Below are positions 25,553 through 37,840 of a stretch of DNA of 64,000 nt, piece by piece (position 1 is the first letter of the stretch; the number at the start of each line of letters is the position of its first letter). Source of the DNA: Trichodelitschia bisporula (Eukaryota); assembly GCA_010356995.1 (NCBI GenBank), contig ML996689.1, forward strand, positions 1,134,691 through 1,198,690. Reading direction: 5' to 3'. Position numbers and translations under genes: made by a program. Under the pieces are notes generated by a model. That model searched no databases. It was not told where the DNA came from and was given only the letters and a program-made list of their open reading frames with translations.

Positions 25553-27974
25553 CTACCACAACCGGCCCTTCTCAGGCTCCTTCTCTGGCTCCTCCTCCGG
25601 CTTAGCCTCGGTCATGCCCTCGGTCCGATCTTGAACGTCGGCTCGGGATGTATCCGCCTCATTGTCAACTTCCGGCTCCTTCGTCGCAATGTCCGCTCTT
25701 TCGGCTACAGTGGCGTCCGCAGCCGACTCCGTCTCGGCCACATCCGCCGCGCTTTCAGCTTCAGCCTCAGCGACGATCTCAGCATCAAGCTCCTCGACCA
25801 CCAACCCCTCCTTATCACCCCCATCCTTCCCTTCCCCCTCCTTTTTCTCCGCCTTCGCCTTCTCCCTCCTCTCCAATCTATCCACCTCAACGGAGCAAAT
25901 CGTCCCCTTCCGCCCCGGCATGAGCACCGCCGCCCCAACCACCGCACCCGCAACCGCAACATTCAAACTGTCAACCCCCACCACCCCCACCTTGACCCCG
26001 GGCGTAATCTGCACCACACCCCATGCACGGCGTAAAATACTCCCTCTCAACCCCACGCCCTCACCGCCAATAACTAGTATAACCGGTGCTTCAGACGCGG
26101 GGCTGTGGTCGGCGGGGAGGATCTTGCCGGTCCGCGCCTGGGCGAAGGTAAGTAGTTGCGGGGCGGGGTGCTCCGGCGTGGTGTTTTTGGGGGCTTTCCC
26201 CTCGGGTGTCGTGGCGCAGTAGACGCGCCACCCGGCTTTGGTGCTGGTGTGCAGGAAGTCGGATGCGGTGGAGACGGACAGGAGGGGGAGGGCTTCGGCG
26301 GCGCCGGCGGAGGCTTTGAGGGTTATCGGGGAAAGAGGCGCACTGTTTGGTTCGTTAGCTTCTCGTAACACAATTCACGGGGGACGCACCATGTCCGCGT
26401 GCTAATAGCCAGCGCATCGAAACCCAGATAATACGCGCTGCGGACTATGCTCCCTAGGTTCCCCTCGTCGAGTACATCGTCCACGAAGAGGACGACGGGA
26501 AAGCGCCACCCGCCCGGGCGGTAGGGCAGACGGTCGGGCGTGCCGTTCACGGCGGCGTCTTCAGCGGTCTGTGTCCCCAGCGTAACGGCGTAGGTGGGCG
26601 GGTCGGATGTCAGTGCGCCTAGGGTCTCGATGGGAGGGAAGGGTAGGGGCGAGGCTTCGAGGAGGACGCCCTGGATCGTTAGAACTGGTACGCGGTAGGT
26701 ATGGGGGCAGGGGTACGTACATTGTGCGGCCGGCCGTTACTCGCGCGGTCAAGGAGCGGAAGCCATTCGGCGCCGAATTTGACTGGTACGTTGGTGGAGC
26801 GCGCTAGCTGGTAGAGGGCGCGATGCTCGGGGTCGTCTTTCCGCGCGGATAGGTAGAGGGTGTAAAGTTGGCGGCGGCGGGATTTGAGGGCCGCGTGGAC
26901 GGTTGAGCGGCCGTAGAGAAGTTGGGAGGCGGCGGTGGTGAGGGGGATGTGGGTTGGGGTGGTGTCGGAGTCGCGGTCGTGGGGTTTGAAGAGGCGGTCG
27001 GAATCCCTATCTCTGGATTTGAAGGTGGTGTCGGAGTCGCGGTCTCGTGGTTTGAAGGTGCGGCCTGAGTCTCTATCACTGGATTTGAAGGTGCGATCTG
27101 AGTCTCCATCTCTGGATTTGAAAGTGCGGTCCGAGTCTCCATCTCTGGATTTGAAAGTGCGGTCCGAGTCTCTATCTCTGGACTTGAAGTTACGATTTGA
27201 ATCTCTATCTCTGGATCTGAGTGAGCGGTCTGAGTCTCTATCCCTGGACTTGAAGTTACGATCTGAATCCCTATCTCCGGGTCTGAATGAGCGGGTTTTG
27301 CCTCCAACTCGGGATTCGTAGGCGTGACCTTCGCCATCGTCTCTCGTTTTGAAGGGGCGATCTTCACGATCTCTGGGCTTTACAAAATCGCCATCGCTGG
27401 AGGCGTCCTGTCTGCGGAAGTTGCTCAATCTCTCAGATCCTTTCGTACTGCTGAAGCTTGCTGATTCGCGGGACCTCCGGCTGGTGGCATCGGATGTTCC
27501 TTCATAGCCCTTCCGCTTTAAGAAATTGGCTTCTCTTCCTGCAGCCCTTTCTTTCAGACCTCTGCCAAACCCCGCATCTTGATCGCGACCCCTGCGAGAA
27601 GGGAAATCGGATCTCTCGCTTTTTCGTCCGCCAAAATCCGATCTCTCCGAGCGCTCCTCAAACCCTCTCCTCCCTGCAACCCTCCCTCTTTCCCTGCCAA
27701 AATCGCTGCGATCGTTTCTCCCACGGCCTATCGGGGACCTAGAATCACGCCTTCCACGTCCAGCTGACTGAGGGTGAGTATCCTTGCCAGGCGTCCAGCG
27801 TGGTGTTGGCTTACGGTCGCGACTAGGAATTCTATCTTCAGCATCGGCGGAGTGCCGTATGCCCTGCTTAATTGACGAGAAAGTGGACTTGCTGCGCTGC
27901 AAAGCCGTAGAATGGGAGCTATAATACACGGAGCATCTTAGGAGCGAATTAGCCCTTGAGGTAAGGGAGAACAT
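25553..27974 (-). CDS. MRM1: Mitochondrial rRNA 2'-O-methyltransferase MRM1/PET56 (SpoU family)
   Basis: R/S-rich presequence; LLYGRSTVHAAL, RPHN|GVLLEASPLP, VLDEGNLGSIVRSAYYLG, KASAGAAE, LVIGGEGVGL, VDSLNVAVA; two introns (~26672-26720, ~26343-26388). Confidence 0.92.
26957..27280 (-). repeat. Coding 33-bp tandem repeat (DRDSDRTFKSR)x~9.5 within MRM1
   Basis: Direct reading of ORF 26679..27974. Confidence 0.92.
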
Positions 27975-28279
27975 AACTTGATATGGAGAGTGAAAGAGGT
28001 TGTGATAGAAAGAAGTTGTCGCAAAACGCAGATTCGGCTACAGAGGTCCGTGCACGGCACGTCCCGCAAGACCAGAGACCCTTGCACTGCGGCGTTTCAA
28101 CGCGTCCGCTACTGCCACGAGATCACGTTGACACGCTCTGTCATCTGTCCGAGGGACGGCAATCTTCGCGACTTCACCAACTCTCCTCCCCAACCTACAC
28201 CACCAGCAACAACCCATATCGCACTTTTCACGCAAAGAATGAACGCTCATTAATCACGGAACTTCACTTCACAGCAACA

Positions 28280-31200
28280 ATGGCGCGAAATACGGCGTCC
28301 CCACGCTCGCAGGCCAGTTCCGCGCGTCAAGGCACGCCATCACATCCGCCCAGTTCCCGATCATCGCCCCTCTTTGTGGAGGAGGGACCGATTACGATAG
28401 AGAGTTCCAATGAGTCATATCACGAACAGGGCGAGCATGGCGAAGATAAAGACGAGGCATATTCTGCGGACGAAGAAATCGAAGAGATGGAGGTAGAGAA
28501 CTTGCACGATGCGGACGAATTGATTGCGGATCCAGTCGATGACAACGCTATCGAAGTGGCCCGACGCCAACTCATAGGCGTCGTCATTCAGGAGCCAAAG
28601 GGATTCAATCGCGAAGAATACGAGGTGATACCCAACGCAGACAAGGTGGTCAAGGTGCTCCGGGAACACATCACGGACGAGGACATCAGCTACGACGTGC
28701 GGTTTGGTGATACGCATGAAGAGAGGGTAAGTCATCCCTCCTTCACCGTTCCCATATAGTATAAGATCGCGCAACATTTACGGCTTGGCTATCTCGGCGA
28801 CGGGTCTTCAAAGGCTCCTTCCCTAGCTAGCACCACACCCGAATCCCCGTTACTTCCTTTCCACAGCTCACCCGGAAACTTCCCCTTGAACGCCTCACAT
28901 AGCAGGCTGACATTCACGAGGCCCCGGTCGCGAAGTTACTGACTTTGCCCGCGGGCGAGCGCATTCTCGAAGCTTTCCATTCGCACTCCCTATCCTCCAA
29001 CTCCTCCATCTCCTCAGCTTCCCCCGACTCCTCTGATTCCGACCTTCCTTTGCATCCCCGATCCTTGCGACTGTTCGACATGGTTGAAACTCGCCGCAAG
29101 CCAAAGCGGGTCCAGCGCCCGGAATACGTCGACTCCGCAAGCCTCATCACTTCAGAAGATGAGCTTGCGCAGCCTAGTGCTCGTCGCAGCCCCAAGCGGA
29201 AGGTTGTTTCAGATGACGAAGACGCCGATTCTGTCGAAGTGTCAACCGAGCGCTTCGCGACGCGTAGCAAGCGAGTATTGCGCCCTTCAGCTGTCCGTAC
29301 TACTCGCTCGCCGCGCTCCAGCACTCGCCTCCAGTCGTATGAGGAACTCAACTTGGACTCCGACTTGGACTCCGACGACATGCCTCGGAAGCGCAATCTC
29401 CGTGGCAACAAGCGCCGCCGGCTCGTGTCCCTGAACGACGATGTAGGGACTCGCCGCTCAGGCCGCACGACCCGGGCTCGCAAGAACATGGCCGAAATCA
29501 ACGTCGATGACCCTTACCAACCCGAGTCTGACGCTGAAATCCGCCCCCCTGGTCCGCCCAAGGTACCTAGTGCGCGCGAGATCTTCCAGCCTGTCAAGCG
29601 CGGTGATCCGTTTCGCGAGCGTCATCAGGAAGCTTGTTCTTCATGCGGGACGCACGACAACGCTTCCAGCCTCGTATTTTGCCAGGGATGCTCCCTTACC
29701 TATCACAAGGCCTGTCTCGGGCCTCGCAATCGGCGGGAACACCTCGTGACCAAAGTGGCTGATGACAACTTCGTCCTTCAATGCCGCCGCTGTATCAACG
29801 CTTACCAGAGCAAGAACCATATCGCTCCGAGCCTGGCCATGTGTACCGGTTGTCACGAACTTGGTCCGAGCTGCGCGCCTTTCCGTGCTCGTAAGACCGC
29901 CGCGCAGGAGCAAAAGGAGCGCGAAGAGAATGATGGCGTGGACCCCATCACTCCGGTCGACCCCACTCTGATCAACAATCCCGAGAACGTCTTATTCCGC
30001 TGTGTCCACTGCTCTCGCGCATGGCACTTCCATCATCTACCCGCGCTTGGGTCGCATGCCATGGATGTCGACATGTCTGACAGCGAACGTGCGACTGCTC
30101 GTTTCGAAGAGTACAAGGCCGAGTGGCAGTGCAAGGAGTGTATCCAGATGCCTGCCAAAGTTGGTGGTCTGATTGCCTGGCGTCTCGCTGATCGCGAGAC
30201 GGTTGTCAGTCCTGAATGGGGCCCCGATGACATCAATCAAGATCAACTTGAGTACCTCATCAAGTGGGATGGTATGTCCTACTTCCGTGCAGAGTGGCGC
30301 CCTGGTGCATGGGTGTGGGGCGTTACCGCTACAATTATGCGGAAAGCCTTTTTCAAGAATTCGAACGGGCCGAAACTGACTGCCGAGGAAGCCATTCCGG
30401 AGGCTTACCTCCGCATCGATATCGTGTTGGATGTGGAGTACTCTAACATCGTTGATATTTCCACGCCAGAAATCGACAAGGCTCGCGTCAAGGAGGTCTC
30501 TCGTGCCCTCATCAAGTACAAGGGTTTGGGATACGAGGACGCTCTCTGGGAAGATGTTCCTACTCCTGACGATGTCGATCGTTGGGCCGACTTCGTCACT
30601 GCATACAACGACTGGGTTCTGGGCCGTCATCTTCGCATGCCCTCCCGGAAGGATCTGAAAGCTCGGATCCAGAAGCTCCGCGCCACCAAATTCGAGGAGC
30701 TCGAGTTGGAGAAGCAGCCTGAGAACATGACAGGAGGCGAACTGATGAAATACCAAGTAGACGGGCTGAATTGGATCTTCTTCCAGTGGCACCGTCAGAA
30801 GAACGCTATTCTTGCTGACGAGATGGGTCTCGGAAAGACCATCCAAATCATCGCCTTCATGGCCATGATGGTAGGTTCCGTCCATTTTTTTCCTTGTCAA
30901 AGTACTAACGAGCTCAGGTTCATAACCACGATGTGTGGCCCTTCTTGATCGTCGTTCCAAACTCCACCTGTGCCAACTGGCGTCGCGAGATCAAACTGTG
31001 GGCTCCGGAACTGCGCGTCGTCACATTCTTTGGCGGTGCCCTCGACCGGAAGATGGTTTACGATTACGAGCTGTTTCCCGAAAACAGCGACCAGCTTCGC
31101 TGCCACGTTGTCGTGACTTCGTACGAAGCGATCGCCGACGACTCAGCCCAGCATTTCTTCCGCAAGGTACCCTGGCAGGCGTTGATCGCAGACGAAGGAC

Positions 31201-34200
31201 AGCGCCTCAAGAACGACCAGGCCATTGCCTACACCAAGTTGAAGCAGTTGAAGATACCCTTCCGCATGCTTCTCACAGGCACTCCGCTGCAAAACAACAC
31301 GCGCGAGTTGTTCAATCTGCTCCAGTTCTTGGACCCCGAGAACAATGCAGCTCTTATGGAGAAGGAGTTTGAGGATATGAACAAGGAGAATATTGCGAAG
31401 CTCCACGATCTCATCCGTCCGCTGATTCTCCGTCGCACTAAAGCCCAGGTGCTCACCTTCCTCCCACCTATGGCACAGATCATCATTCCTGTCTCGATGT
31501 CAGTGCTGCAGCGCCGCCTGTACAAGTCGATTCTCGAGAAGAATCCCGGCCTTCTGAAGTCCTTGTTCATCAAGACTGAAGGCAAAATCGATAGGGCGAA
31601 CATGAACAATATTCTCATGCAGCTGCGGAAATGTCTCTGCCATCCGTTCATCTACTCTGAGCAGATTGAGGAGCGGGGCCTCGACCCTGTCACAATGCAC
31701 AACAATCTGGTGGAGGCATCTGCTAAGCTTCAACTGCTTCAGATCTTGCTTCCAAAGCTGAAGGAGAACGGACATCGTGTGCTCATTTTCAGCCAGTTTC
31801 TCGGCAATATCACCATCATGGAAGACTTCCTCACGGGCATGGAGATGCAGTACCGCCGTCTCGACGGCATGATGAGTTCTCTCTCGAAGCAGAAGTGTAT
31901 CGATGAGTATAACGCGCCTGACTCTCCTATCTTTGCGTTCCTCCTCTCGACTCGTGCTGGCGGCGTCGGTATCAATCTGGCCACTGCAGATACTGTCATC
32001 ATCATGGACCCTGACTTCAACCCGCATCAAGACATCCAAGCTATCTCTCGCGCTCATCGGATTGGACAAAAGAAGAAGGTTCTCTGCATCCAGCTGGTTA
32101 CGCGCAATTCCGCCGAGGAAAAGATCCTGCAGATCGGCCGGAAGAAGATGGTTCTTGACCACGTCATCGTCCAGCAGCTTGACGAGAAGGATCTCGAGGA
32201 ACAAGATGTCGAGTCCATCCTTCGGTACGGAGCGAAGGAGCTATTCGACGACTCAGCCACGGTCAAGGACATCCGCTACGACTCAGCTGCCGTCGACAAG
32301 TTCCTCGACCGTTCCCAGATTGAGAATACCCGCACTGGGGACGACAAGAGCGCTGAATCGCAATTCAGCTTCGCACGCGTCTGGGCCAACGATAACTTCG
32401 AAGACTCACTCCAAGCCTCGGAAGCAGAAGACAACATCGATTCCGGTGTCTGGGCCAAAATCATCAAGGAGCGTGAGCGTGCTGCAGCCCTCGAAGCTGC
32501 CAATCATCGCGAGGTTCTCGGCCGTGGCAAGCGTGCTCGTGGCCACGTGGATTACAACACTCACGAAGCCATGCTCGATTCTCCGGCTAAGCCTAAGCTG
32601 GCTCTGTCTAAGGGAAAGCATCGTGCTAGCCAAGGTAGTGACAGCGACACCGACTTCCACGAAGACAACGAGCCACCCAGCGCTGACGAGTATGAGCTCG
32701 ATGACATGCTCCCGGAGTTCGATGAGGTTCCTCCTCTGCCTTTCGATGCTCTGGACGGGAATCCGACTTCCTACGATGGTGGTATCCTTCCGGATCGCAG
32801 CGCTATGCCGAAGTATCTCCCTGCTCATCATGCCCCTGCGAACCGGTCTGCCAGCCCGACGAAGAAGGCTGTCAAGCCGTCCAAGAAATACTCCATGTTG
32901 CCTGCGAAGACATACGAATCATACGAACCCTCTGCCAAGTCAACTGGTAAGCCGACCGAATCGGGTGAAAAATCTTCATCGTCCGAAAAGCCTGCGCGGA
33001 AGAAGCCAGTCCACTGGACTGTGCTTGAGCGCGAGCGCAAGGGCGGCTCCAGTAGGCGCCCCCCTTCATTTCAGTAAAGCATTTTTGTCGTCCTGTTAGC
33101 TCTATTGTTGCCAGTCTGCCTCTAATATATGTCCTCCTCTCGCGAATCCCACGCATGGGCTTTCGCGTCACCTGTACCCCATAGCACTTCTCTCTATCTC
33201 TATGTCTCTCCGCTCGACATCTCACTTACGATCTCTTTTGTAACCTGCGGTTTGTATCACCTTTTGGAATCCCCACTCTCTGAACCTACGTTTTGCTCTC
33301 GCAATCCTCTTTCATCTCCCCGCATCCATACGCTGACATCTTCACAGCTCTCCAGGACTTTCATCCCATTCACCCACCCCAACCCGGCCAATCCTACTCA
33401 GAGCGCATCCACGCCACTAAACTCCGCTTTCACCCCTTTCCCCAACTCAATCAACCCTCAGAGCGGGCACGGCCCATTCAACCCTCCTATCACCACCACT
33501 CCCAGCCCGAGCCCCAGCCCGAGCCCCAGCCCACAAACCTCCATCCCCTCCCCTGTCCCATCTGTCAGACCTACCACGCCCCCGGCTCCTGCCCCCTCAA
33601 ACTCGCCGGCGTCGAATACTGCCCCCTCTGCGGCCAAGCACACTACGGCTACGGCCGCACCTGCCCGCACATCCGCTCCGCCGAGCACGTGAACGCCATG
33701 CTTGAAGCCCTCAAGCACTCCTCCGAACCGCGGCACCTCGTCCAGGCCGCTAAGAAATACCTGAGAGGTATCAAGGGCCATCTCACGGCGGACAAGAAGC
33801 GTGAAGCGGATATGAAAATGGCTATGGAGGAGAGGGTCCCGGGGAGGTTTCTAGTGCCGGTGCCGCAGGCGGGCGTGTACCCTGCTTTTGGGCACGCGCC
33901 GTTCCCTGGGCTTGCGCCTAAGAGCCCGGTGCTGGCTCAGGCGGGTTTTGAGCATCCGTTGCAGAGGGAGTTTGATGTGCAAACGCACCGGCGGCGCGAG
34001 GCGGAGTTGCATATTCAGCGGCAGGAGATGGCGGAGTTTGAGCGGCAGAGTGCGGAGTATGAGCGTGCGCGGCGGGAGAGGGAGCGCGTGAGGATGGAAC
34101 GGGAGCATGCTAATAGCCAGCCGAGGCGCGAGGCTGTGGAAGATATTTATGAGCGTTTACATGCGCAACGGGTGGCGGCGAGGCAGATGGCGCAGCCGAA

Positions 34201-34276
34201 AGCGAAGATGAGTCCTTTGGAGGAGAGAGGGGTGCGGGTGAGGGAAGAGAGGGAAGTTATGGAGAAGGAGGCGTGA
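28280..34276 (+). CDS. MIT1: Mit1-like CHD chromatin remodeller (PHD fingers, chromo-like domains, SNF2 ATPase, C-terminal zinc fingers)
   Basis: PHD CSSC..CQGC..HKAC; ILADEMGLGKT, DEGQRLKN, LLTGTPLQNN, LLSTRAGGVGINL, QAISRAHRIGQ; C-terminal CPICQTYH..CPLCGQAH..CPH; introns 28727-~28905, 30871-30917, 32947 (or 33052)-33347. Confidence 0.9.
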
Positions 34277-34838
34277 GAGAGGGAGGCGAGGGAGATCAAG
34301 GCGAGAGAGAGGAAAGCGAGGGCGACGGCGGATGAAGATAGGTTTGAGAGGGAAGCGAGGAGGCAGCTGATGGCGCATCTGGCGGAGGAAGATGCGAGGA
34401 AGAGAGATTCGACAGGGCAGTTTCTTCGCGCAGGTCCAAGCCGGGACCGCTGAAGTTGAAAACTGGTCCATGGGTTTTCGAAGCATCATGCGAGGGTGGA
34501 TGCGAGATGGGGACTTTACTTCGGGTATGACTGGACACAGAGCGACGCAGGACTGATAACAGAGCTTTACTGGAATGAGGATAGAGAATAAATGCAACTT
34601 TGAACCGACGACTCTTTGCCTACGTGATTTTGATGTCGGGAACTATGGATATCTCGCACTACAGCAGGACCATCGTGACGCATAACAGGATCATAACCAT
34701 AAGCCGAAAGCCTCCCAAAAGCTGCAATTTGTGCCCTTCGCCGTTCTCGCCGCTTCTACAAATAACAAAGCCAAAACTCAAGCCCAGGAGGTATCATTGC
34801 CAACGCGCGCCGTCGTTTACGTAACCAAAGCATCTCTC

Positions 34839-35215
34839 TTAGCGCCCCGTAAGCGGCTTCGTGAGATCATCCGCGCGCTCGCCCGCCTGATCGCCGAGCG
34901 GGTTCTTCATCACGCGGCCCGCGATATTGCCGACGTTATTCTTCAGGCCGTCGAGGTCGCGATCGCCGGTGGAGGGGACTTTGCCGATTTGGTCTAGCAA
35001 GTTAGTTAGCCTTGAGTCACCTTCGAAGACGATGTGGGTGGGTGGCGTAAGCTACCTTTCAGCATGTACGATGCCTTGTTCTCGCCCATGGTCTCCAGGG
35101 CCTTCTTTTCCATCTTGCGCTTCATTTCGGGAGGGATTCCGACGAGGTAGATGTAGGCGGCGATGAAGCCGAGGAGGGCGAGGGCGGAGAGGAGGAGGGT
35201 TGATGGTTGGGACAT
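34839..35215 (-). CDS. Small fungal protein with N-terminal transmembrane helix (~104 aa)
   Basis: MSQPSTLLLSALALLGFIAAYIYLVGIPPEMKRKMEKKALETMGENKASYMLK|DQIGKVP..KPLTGR*; intron 34994-35055. Confidence 0.82.
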
Positions 35216-35638
35216 GGTGATGGAGTGATGTGGGTGTGTTTGTGAGGTTGGTGATGTGCGTTGTTGTGGAGGTGAGTAGAGATGCAAGCTAAGTGTGGTT
35301 TGGGATGGGATCGATGGTGGTTATTGCACTTTTGGGATGGGAAAGCCTGCTGGAAGGTGCGGCGCGGGAGTGGTGATGTCACTGTGTTTGGGATTGGATG
35401 TTGTGATTGGTGGACAGGGGGGGAGGGATAAGGCTGTGGGGCCCGGCAAATTGCACTTATCGGCGATCTATTCCCTGTCCAGGCGACCAAGGTTTTGAGA
35501 AACTGTTGTAGTGCGACCGTAGGAGGGGTTGAGATACTCGTTGAATATGACTACATACTCGAATACTCGTTGCTCACAAACTCCGAATAACACTGACACC
35601 GAAACACAAAGGCACAAGCCGAACAGACAAATCAATGT

Positions 35639-36321
35639 CTACTCCGCCTTCCCCTCCTCCTTCAACCTCTTCGCCGTGCCCTGCCGCTCAACACCAACAC
35701 CGTGCCTGTACACCATCTGCCCACCCAGATACCCCGAAGCCATAAGCATACCCATGGCCAGCGCGCTGAGCCACACATTCGCCGTACCGGGGATGTAATA
35801 CGGAACCGAGCGACGCGTCCACCAATTGTACGCCGAAACCAGAAACACGGCGTCATTGAGCACCGCGTGTGCAAACGCCATCTTCATCTTCGGGTGCATC
35901 TTCGCCGCCGTCTTCGTCTTGTCGTCCGACTTCTTGAACTTGTTCGCTAGGTCTTGGCCCCGGATCATGGCGAGGAGTTCTGCGCCGCCGGTCGCGATGG
36001 CCGGGAACGCGGTCAGTAGGCCCAGGACATTGGCGTAGTGGGAGAACTTCGCGGCGTCGAGGAGGTGCGGTGCGAAGTTGACGACGCTGTTGGTGAGGGA
36101 CTTGGTGGCGGGATGTGTGGCGAGGCCGTAGACGATGTCTAGTCCGTAGGATGCGGTGAAGAAGGCGAGAGGGTAGTGGACGGTTGCTGGGTGGGCGGGA
36201 TGGCTTGTAGCTTGTAAGTTTGGAGAGGTACGAGGGAGTTGATAGACTAGAACTACCTGTTGCTGCCAATCTTGCCCAAGGCAATGTCCTCGGCCTTCTT
36301 CGTGATGTTCGTGTTCGACAT
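35639..36321 (-). CDS. DUF2231-like membrane protein
   Basis: HPAHPATVHYPLAF, AIATGGAEL, AFAHAVLND, SGYLGGQMVYRHGVGV; one intron ~36205-36256. Confidence 0.82.
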
Positions 36322-37840
36322 TGTGCTTGTGAGAGTGATGGTGCGGGTGGAGTGGATGGAGAAGTCGTCAATTGAGAGTTTGTGATGTGGAATGTGGAGA
36401 GTGAGGTCGCTGCGGGGAAGCAAATAAGCTATATCGTCGTGCAAACGGTCTGAACGTCAGGATGAGGTCATCGTTTCTTTGTTTGGCATGAACGATTCCC
36501 CTTCGAGGCTGGGCGGGTCGCCAAGCATGCAAGGCACGGGTTCCTTGGAATTCGGATGATATGTGGAGGTGCTGATTGGCTGAACCTCGGGTCGGAAGGC
36601 TAGTCTGCCAAGCCTACTCGGGACGAAAGCCCCACAACTCTTTCTCAACGTCAGCAAGGCTGAAAGGCTGATCCATCGCTTGATAAATCTACATTTACTT
36701 CGCAATTTGCATTATTAGCAGCTGGATTGATTTAACGAGCCAAAAAAAATTGCTGATGCTGAGATCTGGGTCCACGTTGACAACTTTTTGAGTCGGGATG
36801 CGGATGCGATTGTGATCCCTTTCAGAGTGGAGAAGCATGGAAATCTGATAAGGCTTATGTATGATGCCTCTGACAAGCGGAATATACTGAGCATTGACTA
36901 TACACTGCACTTTGGCAAGTCACAGAAATACCAGAGCTTGCTGTATCGATGGAGTCAAACCACCAGACGGCTACTTCTTCTCCACTCCTCCGCAGAAACG
37001 GGACGCCTGTCATGATTTCATGAGGCGCAGAGATGCAGCTTCATGTATATACAACTTCCAAAATTCATACACCCGGGTATCTGGAGGCTAGGTATATCAT
37101 CTCTCTTAATTTAGCAGCCGAACGGTTAACCAGAATTGCCGCCGGCTGGTACTTGCTTCTCTATGCGGTACTATGCGTGACGGCGCAGAAAGCAGGTCTG
37201 CAACGTTGCGGCTCGTCTCGGTTCAGTCTCGTCCCTAGCAGCCAAAGCATGCCTGGTGTCTGTCAAATATAGGTGCTGTCATTCCGTCCCATCTCGGTCG
37301 GGTCCTCTTCGCTTCCGAAGCGCGAAGCCTGGGGATGGTGGCAAAATTACGATGAGAAACGCTCTGACAGCGACGCTGGTCCATCAAGTTCTACTAGCAC
37401 AGGCCACCGGGGGTATGATCAAGCCGGCAGAATGCTCTAAGGGGAAGGAGCGCGTGCGGAGCAAACATGCAACAATTATATTGCCCAATCAGTCCGCCTT
37501 TTGCTGCTGTCGCTCAGAATTGCTACCCGAATAGGAAAGCACCGGAGTAGCAAACATCGTCCACCTGAGCACAGGCCGCCTGGCGCGCTGGATTAACAAG
37601 TGAGCTCTTAAGCTCTCTTCTTCTTGTTGTTTTTCTTCTTCTCCACCAACTCATCACACACCTTCCTCTGCTCTTCTGTTTACAGTCTGTTGCCAACAAT
37701 CACTGTGAACACTGCAAGCTGCTACTCTTTCCCATTTACCAGCCAACATCACAACACTGTCAGTATACTCAAGATTCCCTTGCATTTACAAACATTAACG
37801 TCTTCTCAAAACAGTCTCATCATCCACCTGCCCCTCCACG

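Noticed and set aside
27983..28279. N-terminal extension of MIT1 from ATG 27983
   Set aside because: Lies in the shared promoter only 9 bp from the MRM1 start; ATG 28280 has the better context (ACAATGG).
31903..33099. 398-aa alternative-frame ORF inside MIT1
   Set aside because: Ser/Thr/Arg-rich off-frame shadow caused by codon bias.
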